Sequence record: NC_010821.1
Length of the DNA: 64,000 nt
Direction: 5' to 3' (one strand)
How positions within the stretch are numbered: position 1 is the stretch's first letter; every line of letters begins with the position of its first letter. The position numbers and the translations under genes are program-made. Shown here in pieces: positions 31,033-39,315 of this stretch. The notes below the pieces were generated by a model. The model was not told the DNA's origin. It worked only from the letters and a program-made list of their open reading frames with translations, and searched no databases.

Positions 31033-32106
31033 ATGTCCGACAATCGTACTTTCATTGTTCTTGATGGTCCAGACTTCTCCGGTAAGTCTACCCTGATGAA
31101 AGCTTTCCTTGCCCGTGTCGAAGCCGAGGGTATTGATCACGTTGCTATGCGTGAGCCCGGCGGTATCCCAGGCAGCGGTTCGCTTGCTGAGGAAATCCGT
31201 GTTGCTTTGATCGCTAATCGTGATGAACGTGTCCATCCAGAGACTGATGTACTGTTGCATATGGCCTACCGTGTGCAAAACGTTAAAGACATCATTCTCC
31301 CCGCATTGGCCGATAACAAGTGGGTGATCTCTGATCGTTTTGTGTTCTCGACTTGGTGCCTGAATGTTCAAGCTCATCTCGAAACGCACCCGTACCTGAC
31401 TGATATGCTTTACGGCCTGATGCCGTACGTACTACAAGGTCTGCCTGAACCACTGACGTTCATTCTGGATACTCCACGTGAAATCCGTGATCAGCGTGCT
31501 AACTCTGACGAACGTAAGAAAGATCGTTATGAATCGCAGCCTGCCGCGGTACACGATCGTATCGAAGCAGCTTACGAGCAACTGCGTTCTAGTCCAAGCT
31601 GCAAGTTCATTGATGGTACTCTGCCAATCGAAGAACAAGTGGACATCATGTTTGCTTACATCAAAGGCTTCAAAGAACAAGTCCTCGGTCAAATGGCTGA
31701 AGCTGAAGAACGTTCTGGTCTGATGAAAGACGAACGTGAACAAGCACGTGACATGGCTGAACAGATTCGTGACGAACTGAACGCTGACGAATCGTGGGAT
31801 CTGGAAACCGAAGTTGCTAAGTATGTTGAGACTAACATCACTGCAATGGCAGACCAACTGTTCCAAGGTGCTGACCCAGAAGCACTGGCTAAAGAAACCG
31901 AGTTCGCTAAAGAGTTCGCTGCTAATATTGCACGTACTACCTTTGAGCGTACTAATGGTGACCGTACTGTGTTCCACCCTACTCGGGTTGGACAGATCAA
32001 TCAGAAAGTTCACTCGATGCTTAGCTGGGGCTTTGCACGAGATTCATGGGCGAAGCATTTCGCCAATGGTGGCGATAATGGCGCAAATCAAACTCAACAA
32101 GCTTGA
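31033..32106 (+). CDS. tmk: thymidylate kinase with a ~140-aa C-terminal extension
   Basis: P-loop DGPDFSGKST, REPGG, SDRF. Confidence 0.9.
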   Translation: MSDNRTFIVLDGPDFSGKSTLMKAFLARVEAEGIDHVAMREPGGIPGSGSLAEEIRVALIANRDERVHPETDVLLHMAYRVQNVKDIILPALADNKWVISDRFVFSTWCLNVQAHLETHPYLTDMLYGLMPYVLQGLPEPLTFILDTPREIRDQRANSDERKKDRYESQPAAVHDRIEAAYEQLRSSPSCKFIDGTLPIEEQVDIMFAYIKGFKEQVLGQMAEAEERSGLMKDEREQARDMAEQIRDELNADESWDLETEVAKYVETNITAMADQLFQGADPEALAKETEFAKEFAANIARTTFERTNGDRTVFHPTRVGQINQKVHSMLSWGFARDSWAKHFANGGDNGANQTQQA

Positions 32107-32299
32107 TTTGTGGAAGTACGCTGACTGCGAGTTCCAATCGCAGGTAGGTGGCCATCGAGTCCGTGTGATCTTAAAGTCTACGGATTCGAAACATGCCATT
32201 GTATCAAACTACTATCACCGAATCAATACTTACAAAATCAGTCTCAAATCATTTCTTGAATCATTTACTCTGGTAGAGGATACCACACGCAATGTCTGA
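32078..32299 (+). CDS. small hypothetical protein (73 aa)
   Basis: 3' part of track ORF 31814; MAQIKL... overlaps the tmk end. Confidence 0.6.
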   Translation: MAQIKLNKLDLWKYADCEFQSQVGGHRVRVILKSTDSKHAIVSNYYHRINTYKISLKSFLESFTLVEDTTRNV

Positions 32300-32528
32300 A
32301 ACACTGTCGAAAGGCACCCTGTATGTACGCGCAGCTGAAGTGGGCGATCTGAAAGACTATTACGGCCGTACGTTCATTATTCGTAAGAACAGCGCTGTCA
32401 AAGCAGTCAAGCTTGAGAAAGTAAAAGGTTCTAAAGCTTATCTGGAATACACTGAAGGTCGAGTAGATTCATTTAGTATTCCGCTGAATGAGTTTTTGAA
32501 GTACTATGAATTGCCACAGAAAGGGTAA
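32292..32528 (+). CDS. small hypothetical protein
   Basis: 78 aa; C-terminus similar to the preceding ORF. Confidence 0.65.
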   Translation: MSETLSKGTLYVRAAEVGDLKDYYGRTFIIRKNSAVKAVKLEKVKGSKAYLEYTEGRVDSFSIPLNEFLKYYELPQKG

Positions 32529-32531
32529 GCC

Positions 32532-32897
32532 ATGACATTTAAAGTTTCTAACAACCTTGCAATGCTGGCCATGTTGATGACTGGTCTGTATGACGCTAAC
32601 GCTCAGGATCTTGATAACGAAGTTACCATGACAATGGGCGATGTTCGGATGGGTGAATCCGTATACGTAGATGCAACTAAGTCTAAGTATCAGATACACC
32701 TTCGTTTGGAGAAAGGACTCGATGCTAAACTCCAAATCGAGTACTGGCCTAAAGACGAAGAAGGTTTGGTCGAGGGTCACCTACAGCACACTGTGGAAGT
32801 TGATTGCAACGATCCAGATACTTGGATCGAACCAATGATCATTCTTCAGAACGTGTTGGACGGTAAGTGTGAACCTGAAGACGAGTGTGAAGAGTAA
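32532..32897 (+). CDS. hypothetical acidic protein
   Basis: 121-aa ORF followed by a terminator. Confidence 0.7.
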   Translation: MTFKVSNNLAMLAMLMTGLYDANAQDLDNEVTMTMGDVRMGESVYVDATKSKYQIHLRLEKGLDAKLQIEYWPKDEEGLVEGHLQHTVEVDCNDPDTWIEPMIILQNVLDGKCEPEDECEE

Positions 32898-32903
32898 ATA
32901 AAG

Positions 32904-32923
32904 TGTCCTCCTTCGGGAGGACA
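32904..32923 (+). terminator. hairpin terminator, UUCG loop
   Basis: tgtcctcc-ttcg-ggaggaca. Confidence 0.7.
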
Positions 32924-32952
32924 TTATTCCGTATTAGACAGAGGGTAACAAA

Positions 32953-33372
32953 ATGGCTAAAGTATCTCCGTTGTTGGGTCGCACTAAGTTTGACTGGGGT
33001 ATCCGTCTCGGCGCGCTGGTATACGAAATCGGTAATTGGGCACTGAACATGGGCGATGAGGGTACTAAACGCTCCAGCGGCTCCATCATGCGTAACGGTT
33101 ACCGTTTCGTTTACACAAGTAAGAAATTTGGTCGTCATCGTACACAAGCCACATGTATTTCGATTTACGGTAGAGGTAAGGCCTATATCTTCGGTTCACG
33201 TAATTATAGTCTAGATGGCGTTAACTGTATTACCTCTGGTGTGGAAGTAACCGACTATAAGGAAATGTATAAATTCTTAGAGCGTCGCGTATATGCTACG
33301 TTTAACGCTAAAATAGCTTCTGAGATTATGTCCGAGGCAGATTCCCTTTATGATGTCCTAACCTCGAGGTAA
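32953..33372 (+). CDS. hypothetical protein
   Basis: 139 aa, GAGG RBS. Confidence 0.7.
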   Translation: MAKVSPLLGRTKFDWGIRLGALVYEIGNWALNMGDEGTKRSSGSIMRNGYRFVYTSKKFGRHRTQATCISIYGRGKAYIFGSRNYSLDGVNCITSGVEVTDYKEMYKFLERRVYATFNAKIASEIMSEADSLYDVLTSR

Positions 33373-33377
33373 TAACC

Positions 33378-33620
33378 ATGCACCAGTATGATCCAAATCG
33401 TGAACTCGAACTCCACATGAGTGTTGGCACCGCTGACGCTGATAGCGTGACGGACAACTTTGCAGTACTGATTGATCGGGGTCCTTTGGACGCAGGTCAA
33501 CTACAAAGTATGTACGAGGGCGGTTGGCACCTTATTAGTGGCCCTGTGGTAGTTGATACCATCGAGGTGAATGTGAGTTTCTATTACTACACCTTTCACA
33601 AACGTGCTTTTCACGGATAA
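33378..33620 (+). CDS. hypothetical protein
   Basis: 80 aa, GAGG RBS. Confidence 0.65.
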   Translation: MHQYDPNRELELHMSVGTADADSVTDNFAVLIDRGPLDAGQLQSMYEGGWHLISGPVVVDTIEVNVSFYYYTFHKRAFHG

Positions 33621-33624
33621 ATAA

Positions 33625-34317
33625 ATGAAACGTATCCATTGGGTAATTGTTGGCATCATTGCCGTGATTATTTTGACCTGTCGTATTCAGGGTGTGCACG
33701 CCGCACCCATGCAATATTTCGGTACACCTATATTCTACGGTAAGTACTCTACCGATAAAGTTGAATGTGTTTTCAATCAGTCAGCCGCCTATGGGTTTTG
33801 CGGTGACATCCGTGACCCTGAAGAAGGGGTAGTCGGTCTAACTAATCCCAATGATCCAACTAAAGGTGTTGGGGCAATGGTCAGGCTATTCACTGAGGTC
33901 GTATGTGTAAAGGGTGAATGCGCTAGTAACTATGGCGAGCCATTAGGTCGTATTGCTGATACTCGTACTAGTTATTGGTATATCCCAACTGGCTACTACC
34001 TTGGTAATAAAGGTGAGAACGCATTAGCTTACCGTCAAGGTACTGGACCAATGGCTAATGAATTCCCTATGTCGTCAATCAAAGTGTTAGGTGCCCTTCA
34101 GGACCCTCCACGAGGCGTTGTAAGGAAGTATAATGACGATCTTGAGCGGTACAACGTATACTGCAATGAATCGCTTGAGTGTAGCTATATGGGACGTGTG
34201 ATGATGGCTAGTCAGTTAGCTGAATACATCCCCAAGGTACTGACCTATAGCTGCGGTACGGTCTTTTGCTATCACGCAGATAAAACCATTGCTGGCCTAA
34301 ACCCTAGGAAATTTTAA
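33625..34317 (+). CDS. exported Cys-rich protein
   Basis: N-terminal MKRIHWVIVGIIAVIILTC signal/TM segment; multiple Cys. Confidence 0.7.
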   Translation: MKRIHWVIVGIIAVIILTCRIQGVHAAPMQYFGTPIFYGKYSTDKVECVFNQSAAYGFCGDIRDPEEGVVGLTNPNDPTKGVGAMVRLFTEVVCVKGECASNYGEPLGRIADTRTSYWYIPTGYYLGNKGENALAYRQGTGPMANEFPMSSIKVLGALQDPPRGVVRKYNDDLERYNVYCNESLECSYMGRVMMASQLAEYIPKVLTYSCGTVFCYHADKTIAGLNPRKF

Positions 34318-34318
34318 G

Positions 34319-34696
34319 ATGTTTAATATTTGGATTACACACGGTATTTTCTACGGCTATTCAGATGCATCCATTATTCATTTTGTTCGCCGGATATGGG
34401 ACATTGAATATGATGTGCCCCTATTGCCAGTAAACGGTAAACTGTTGGGGACTGGTCTGGTACTCTGTCCAGAAGAGAGTGAGCTTGATGAGAAACAGTT
34501 GCTGGAAGAAATAAAGGCTCGCCGTATTGTTCCTGACGATTTCCCACACGGACATTGTGGACGTTATACCTTGGAGCAGAAACTTGCCTTCCTAAACCAT
34601 CCGCTATTTCTCCCTCGCTATAAGCTGATCGTTGAAAGGCTTCGCGGCGAGTTCGATTTGCCTAAACGTAAACCCCTACCTGCTAAAGAGAGCTAA
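34319..34696 (+). CDS. hypothetical protein
   Basis: 125-aa ORF. Confidence 0.65.
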   Translation: MFNIWITHGIFYGYSDASIIHFVRRIWDIEYDVPLLPVNGKLLGTGLVLCPEESELDEKQLLEEIKARRIVPDDFPHGHCGRYTLEQKLAFLNHPLFLPRYKLIVERLRGEFDLPKRKPLPAKES

Positions 34697-34700
34697 TGAC

Positions 34701-35174
34701 ATGAAGCGCATTACAACTGATTTGTCAGTATCTCTGAAAGACCTTACTGTTGAAAAGGTCCGTGAGATCGTTATGTCTACAGAAGACGACCTGTGGGCTA
34801 AGCCTTATGTCGACACAATCTGTGAAGACTTCGGTTATCTTGATCCAGGTATGTGGCCAATGAGTGAGTTGACCGTACGTCATTTGGCTGTACACGCTTA
34901 CAACCGTGGTGCCTACTACAATGCCCGCACCGGCGAAGGTTCCCGCAATGCACAATGTCATCAGTTCATGGATCTGTTACTGAGCTATGCATCGTCAATG
35001 GAAGGTAGTTTGCCACCATCCCTACGTTACAAAGAGAGTGAGCGGATGCCTTACCTGATCTATGAGCAACTGGGTAAGTTTGACTTCCTGGGCTACATTA
35101 AAAACGTACCTGAGTTGAGCCATAAGTGGTCTATCTACGGTTGGGAAATCCAATCTGTGTATTCTTACGAGTAA
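34701..35174 (+). CDS. hypothetical protein
   Basis: ORF open from 34632; ATG at 34701 follows the previous stop. Confidence 0.65.
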   Translation: MKRITTDLSVSLKDLTVEKVREIVMSTEDDLWAKPYVDTICEDFGYLDPGMWPMSELTVRHLAVHAYNRGAYYNARTGEGSRNAQCHQFMDLLLSYASSMEGSLPPSLRYKESERMPYLIYEQLGKFDFLGYIKNVPELSHKWSIYGWEIQSVYSYE

Positions 35175-35184
35175 GTCATAAAAC

Positions 35185-35210
35185 GCCTCTACCTTCGGGT
35201 AGAGGCTTTA
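35185..35210 (+). terminator. hairpin terminator, UUCG loop
   Basis: gcctctacc-ttcg-ggtagaggc followed by ttta. Confidence 0.75.
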
Positions 35211-35276
35211 TACCCTTTTCTTTTTGTTCAATGGTACGTAACACCCTTTTAACGAAAACGCTAATAAGGGAGTGGT

Positions 35277-35774
35277 ATGGTGTTGACATACGGAACAGTA
35301 GCAGGTATTGACTTACAAGTTTCCAAAGGCCTAGCCGTTGGTTACTTCGGGATTGAAGACGACGTGTCTAAGATATCTAGAGTAGTAGGTGACTGGGAGC
35401 TACGTACAGTCCCAGATAATCATCGACATGGAATCGGAATGATAGTCGCAGTACCAACAAACCGTAGAACACGCAAGATCTATAATAAAGGTCGTATCGC
35501 CTGGCTAATGGCTTTAGATTTCTCTGAGGAGAAAGCTTGGTTGTATTTCAAAGCGTCTAGAGATCATAAACGAAAATGGGACCATCGCGTTGCACAATTT
35601 GTTTGTGATAACTTTGACTTAGATCCATTCATTATAAATGACATTATCGAGAGCGAGTCCCCACGAAGGACCTGTTTAGATCACGGCGTTTATACGACAA
35701 TGAATCCCGGACAGATATTAGGTGCATGCCAAATCCTGTCTGTGATTAATCAGCTAAAACTACAGGGAACTTAG
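35277..35774 (+). CDS. hypothetical protein
   Basis: 165 aa, GGGAG RBS. Confidence 0.7.
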   Translation: MVLTYGTVAGIDLQVSKGLAVGYFGIEDDVSKISRVVGDWELRTVPDNHRHGIGMIVAVPTNRRTRKIYNKGRIAWLMALDFSEEKAWLYFKASRDHKRKWDHRVAQFVCDNFDLDPFIINDIIESESPRRTCLDHGVYTTMNPGQILGACQILSVINQLKLQGT

Positions 35775-35786
35775 GTTCCCTTTTTA
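35764..35786 (+). terminator. intrinsic terminator
   Basis: agggaac-ttag-gttccct followed by tttt. Confidence 0.6.
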
Positions 35787-35845
35787 TAGCCAATTCATAT
35801 GTATCATTAACTTTTGTTATTGGGTAAGGCCCATGGGAGTACCAC

Positions 35846-36277
35846 GTGAACTTTTTCGTAGATTGCGAATTCGACGTACCAACTAAAACACTGATCAGCC
35901 TTGGCATTATTAGCGAGGATGGTCTGCGTGAATTTTACGAAGTGTTAGACTATTCTAACATTCAGGACGAATGGGTAAAACAGAATGTTATTCCTATCCT
36001 ACAGAAAGCCCCTATCACTCGTGAAGAATTTCAAATCAAGCTGACTAAGTTCTGTGGTCAGTTCGCTGGTATGCACATTATCGTTAACCATCCGAATGAC
36101 GTTATTTATTTCAGTGAGGCTCTCTTGGGTGAAAAAGGTAAATGGATTAAGATCCAACCATTAACTTTTGAGGTTGATGACAAACTAAGTGGTAAGGGAT
36201 CTAAGCTACTCCACAATGCTCTTTACGATGCTATGGCTACCCGTGAAGATTGGTTATTACAGAATGGATTTAAATAG
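35846..36277 (+). CDS. DEDDh 3'-5' exo(ribo)nuclease
   Basis: FFVDCEF, HPNDVIYF and HNALYDA motifs; GTG start with GGGAG RBS. Confidence 0.75.
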   Translation: MNFFVDCEFDVPTKTLISLGIISEDGLREFYEVLDYSNIQDEWVKQNVIPILQKAPITREEFQIKLTKFCGQFAGMHIIVNHPNDVIYFSEALLGEKGKWIKIQPLTFEVDDKLSGKGSKLLHNALYDAMATREDWLLQNGFK

Positions 36278-36286
36278 GTAATAAAA

Positions 36287-36958
36287 ATGTCAACATATCA
36301 ACAAATGACGGAGGCCCGTAACCGTCGTTGCAGGCCCGAGACACTCTTAAGACTACTGCTTTCCACTAGTTATCCTTTATCGACCCTGAGTGACCTCACA
36401 CTGGCTCTAAATGTACATGGTGGTGAGACTAACAAAGACGAACTCGAACGTAATGCTGAAGACCTTCGTGAAGTAGAACGCAACTACACTTTGTATGACT
36501 TTGTACGGTGCGTTGAAATCCGTAGAACCCTTGGTGGTATCCGTATCGTAACCAAAGGACTTGACATCGATCCAGCAATGAAGGCAATCAATGATTGCAC
36601 TGAAACCCATAAAGAAATGGCTGCTGTAGATATCACTCTGGTTAAAGGAGATGAAGCTCTTGATGACGTAGAAGGTTTAGCAACTCGTCTGATGGAGATG
36701 TTCTATCGTTCACAAGTGAAGTCTAAACGTCCAGGTGATTCAATCGAACACACTGAATGGCGATGCCGTGTTAAAGAAGTAGATCGTAACAAACCGGGTA
36801 AGCCAACACGTACTGTTGACACTACCCTGGATGTCAAGCAAGCAATCCATCGCCTGAGTACATCTTTACGTAAACGTAGCTTCCACATCGTCCTCACGCA
36901 GAACTGTATTCTACTGATGGATCAGAAAGCTAGACTGTTTGGTGTTAGCAAAAAATGA
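36287..36958 (+). CDS. hypothetical protein
   Basis: 223-aa ORF. Confidence 0.7.
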   Translation: MSTYQQMTEARNRRCRPETLLRLLLSTSYPLSTLSDLTLALNVHGGETNKDELERNAEDLREVERNYTLYDFVRCVEIRRTLGGIRIVTKGLDIDPAMKAINDCTETHKEMAAVDITLVKGDEALDDVEGLATRLMEMFYRSQVKSKRPGDSIEHTEWRCRVKEVDRNKPGKPTRTVDTTLDVKQAIHRLSTSLRKRSFHIVLTQNCILLMDQKARLFGVSKK

Positions 36959-36967
36959 CAGCATAAA

Positions 36968-36988
36968 GCCCAGCCGTAGTGGCTGGGC
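36968..36988. terminator. hairpin between convergent genes
   Basis: gcccagcc-gtagt-ggctgggc. Confidence 0.65.
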
Positions 36989-36997
36989 AATATGTCG

Positions 36998-38923
36998 TTA
37001 CGGAATGCGTGTTGTACTAGATGCACCGATTTGCCACCACGTACTGTCACGCGTGTTGAAAGCATGACGTCCAACGTTGAACAACAAGTTGGCTGTTTGT
37101 GGATGCTTGACCCAAACCATAGGTAGGTCATCCCAATAGTAAACATCGTTAGTTGCAGCAACTAACACCGCATCACCTTTCGCTCCAGTTGCTGGAGTAT
37201 TAGACATCCACTCGGTAGTCGTCGCATAGATCTTCAGTCGAATAGGGCGTAGTCTTGAATTAGCTACAAAAGCTAATCTTGATTTACCCATAAACTTCCA
37301 AGTATAACTGGTAGGAGAACTACCTAGGTTTTCAGCGTCATGGTAGAACTGATCACAAAAAGATTGTAGATCAGTTTTAATAGTAGGGATACTACTAATA
37401 CCGGTGTAGTATGGGTGACCCCTTACTGACTTGATAAACTCGCTTAACGTACCTGAGTTAACATAGTACGTTTCTGGTGCCGATACGTTTATAGTAGTAC
37501 TGATAGAATACTCAAACGGATCAGTTATCTTAAATGTGATTACGTCACCACTAACAGCACCTAGAGGACATCCAGCACCGGTAAATGGTTGATACGATGT
37601 GACCCCTTCAAGACTTCTGAAATACCCTTGCAGAATACCGTTCTTAAGGATCTCACCGGAATAAGTCTGTGTAACACCTGCACCAGGAAACAGAGATAGA
37701 TCGATACCACGTTTGTAAGTAGTCTGTGGTGATCCCACGGTTCGACCGAGGCTATCCCTCAGTATAATGACACTAGGGTCGATTACTTGGAACAACATTG
37801 GTTTAGTTAAGATCGTACCATCGTCCAATTGCACCAGTACGTTAACCCGATAAGTACCAGCTGTATTCATCGGTACAACTAGGGGTTGATCTGGATCAAC
37901 TTCTTCGTTGGTATATAGTTCAGGCATTACCAGTGATTCAGATGCACCCGCGAATATGTAGGCTGTATCAGGTAATCCGTTTAACAATGGGTGAGATTCA
38001 GGGGGACCTGGATAACCGATCTGACGTTTGATCTCGGATACCAACACAGGTTGTCGGTCGACGTTACCTGAAAAATAGCAGCCATATTCTTTTGCTAGTC
38101 GTGTAGCATCGGCACCAAAAACAAACCCACGGGCTAATGCGTCGGCCACACTAGTGAAGTTGTCATTACAGTGGTCAGTGATAATAGCGATACCATTACC
38201 TGCTGTCCGATAAGCAGCGAGTTCCTTAGCAAACCGTTCAGTGACATGCGTTTCAGACGGTGACTGAGTAGCGTATAAACCAAAGAATACCACGGTCGCA
38301 AATTGATCCAGATAATCAAATGTGAAGTCAATTTTAGAGCTATTGTCAGGTAAGTCGTAATAGGTCGGTGTCCAATTACCAGCCTGACAGATACCATCTA
38401 ATGTATCCCTAAAACCATTATCTGCTCGGGCACCACCTTGATTCTGATAATGTGAATCGGTCAATACAAACGAATAACCTTTAACCGAGTTGCCGATAAA
38501 CAACACCTTGCGGTTACCGGCGGCGACCTTACGTGGGTTAGCACAAAAGTTAAGTCCGTTATAAAGGTACTTCTGTGCCGGGGTTAATGTCGCAAATGTG
38601 TTTGGGTTTACTGCTGGATACGTTCCGCCATTGTTAGCAGCAATCTGATCATTATAAAATTTAGGGAACCCGCCATCGTAAATTACGTTACCGCGACCAT
38701 CTTGCGTAACAGCTAGGAATGGTCGATCGATAGTGGGTCCAGCCGGATCACCTGGCGGTACAGGTGTAATAGGACCCGTGTCGTATGCGAGGATCTCAGT
38801 CAATACAGGCGACCGTTCATTTCGAGTAACAATCGCCCTTCGTGTATTAGCTGGGAACGTCACAGTTAACGTCTGACCCGTGGTGTAGTAACCCGGTTGA
38901 ATTGACGTACTGATCTCAGCCAT
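36998..38923 (-). CDS. virion structural protein, possibly tail-fibre/receptor-binding related
   Basis: 641 aa, T/G/P-rich beta-type composition; DGRGNVIYDGGFPKFYN motif recalled from jumbo phage virion proteins. Confidence 0.6.
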   Translation of the reverse strand: MAEISTSIQPGYYTTGQTLTVTFPANTRRAIVTRNERSPVLTEILAYDTGPITPVPPGDPAGPTIDRPFLAVTQDGRGNVIYDGGFPKFYNDQIAANNGGTYPAVNPNTFATLTPAQKYLYNGLNFCANPRKVAAGNRKVLFIGNSVKGYSFVLTDSHYQNQGGARADNGFRDTLDGICQAGNWTPTYYDLPDNSSKIDFTFDYLDQFATVVFFGLYATQSPSETHVTERFAKELAAYRTAGNGIAIITDHCNDNFTSVADALARGFVFGADATRLAKEYGCYFSGNVDRQPVLVSEIKRQIGYPGPPESHPLLNGLPDTAYIFAGASESLVMPELYTNEEVDPDQPLVVPMNTAGTYRVNVLVQLDDGTILTKPMLFQVIDPSVIILRDSLGRTVGSPQTTYKRGIDLSLFPGAGVTQTYSGEILKNGILQGYFRSLEGVTSYQPFTGAGCPLGAVSGDVITFKITDPFEYSISTTINVSAPETYYVNSGTLSEFIKSVRGHPYYTGISSIPTIKTDLQSFCDQFYHDAENLGSSPTSYTWKFMGKSRLAFVANSRLRPIRLKIYATTTEWMSNTPATGAKGDAVLVAATNDVYYWDDLPMVWVKHPQTANLLFNVGRHAFNTRDSTWWQIGASSTTRIP

Positions 38924-38936
38924 GATTTAACTCCAC

Positions 38937-39305
38937 TTAGATCTTAACAGGCATCGTGATGCGAGCATAGTAAGTAACTGGACCAGTAGCAAAGTTACTC
39001 TTAATAACCAGTTTACCGTCGGCCTGGATTTGATAGGTCAATACACCACTGGCTTCAACCACTGGCGGGTTAGTTCCAACAGTAGGGTCAACCATTGAGA
39101 GTTGAACACCTAAAGAGTAGACATGGTATTGAGCAGCAGTAAAACCTAGTTCGGTTGGAGCGTCAATTACGATTTGACCGTTGGCAGGAACACTACCAGT
39201 TTTATAACGGAAGCTTGCACTACCGCCAGAAACAACCGCGGCTTTAACTTTTGCAAAGTAAGCTGCCATTTGTGCTAGCATGTAAGCCTTAGCAGTTTGA
39301 CTCAT
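38937..39305 (-). CDS. small virion-associated partner protein
   Basis: 122 aa, co-oriented upstream of the 641-aa gene. Confidence 0.6.
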   Translation of the reverse strand: MSQTAKAYMLAQMAAYFAKVKAAVVSGGSASFRYKTGSVPANGQIVIDAPTELGFTAAQYHVYSLGVQLSMVDPTVGTNPPVVEASGVLTYQIQADGKLVIKSNFATGPVTYYARITMPVKI

Positions 39306-39315
39306 AAGTCACCTC

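Noticed and set aside
31814-32077. 5' part of the 161-aa track ORF overlapping tmk
   Set aside because: Alternative frame of tmk; the plausible gene starts at 32078.
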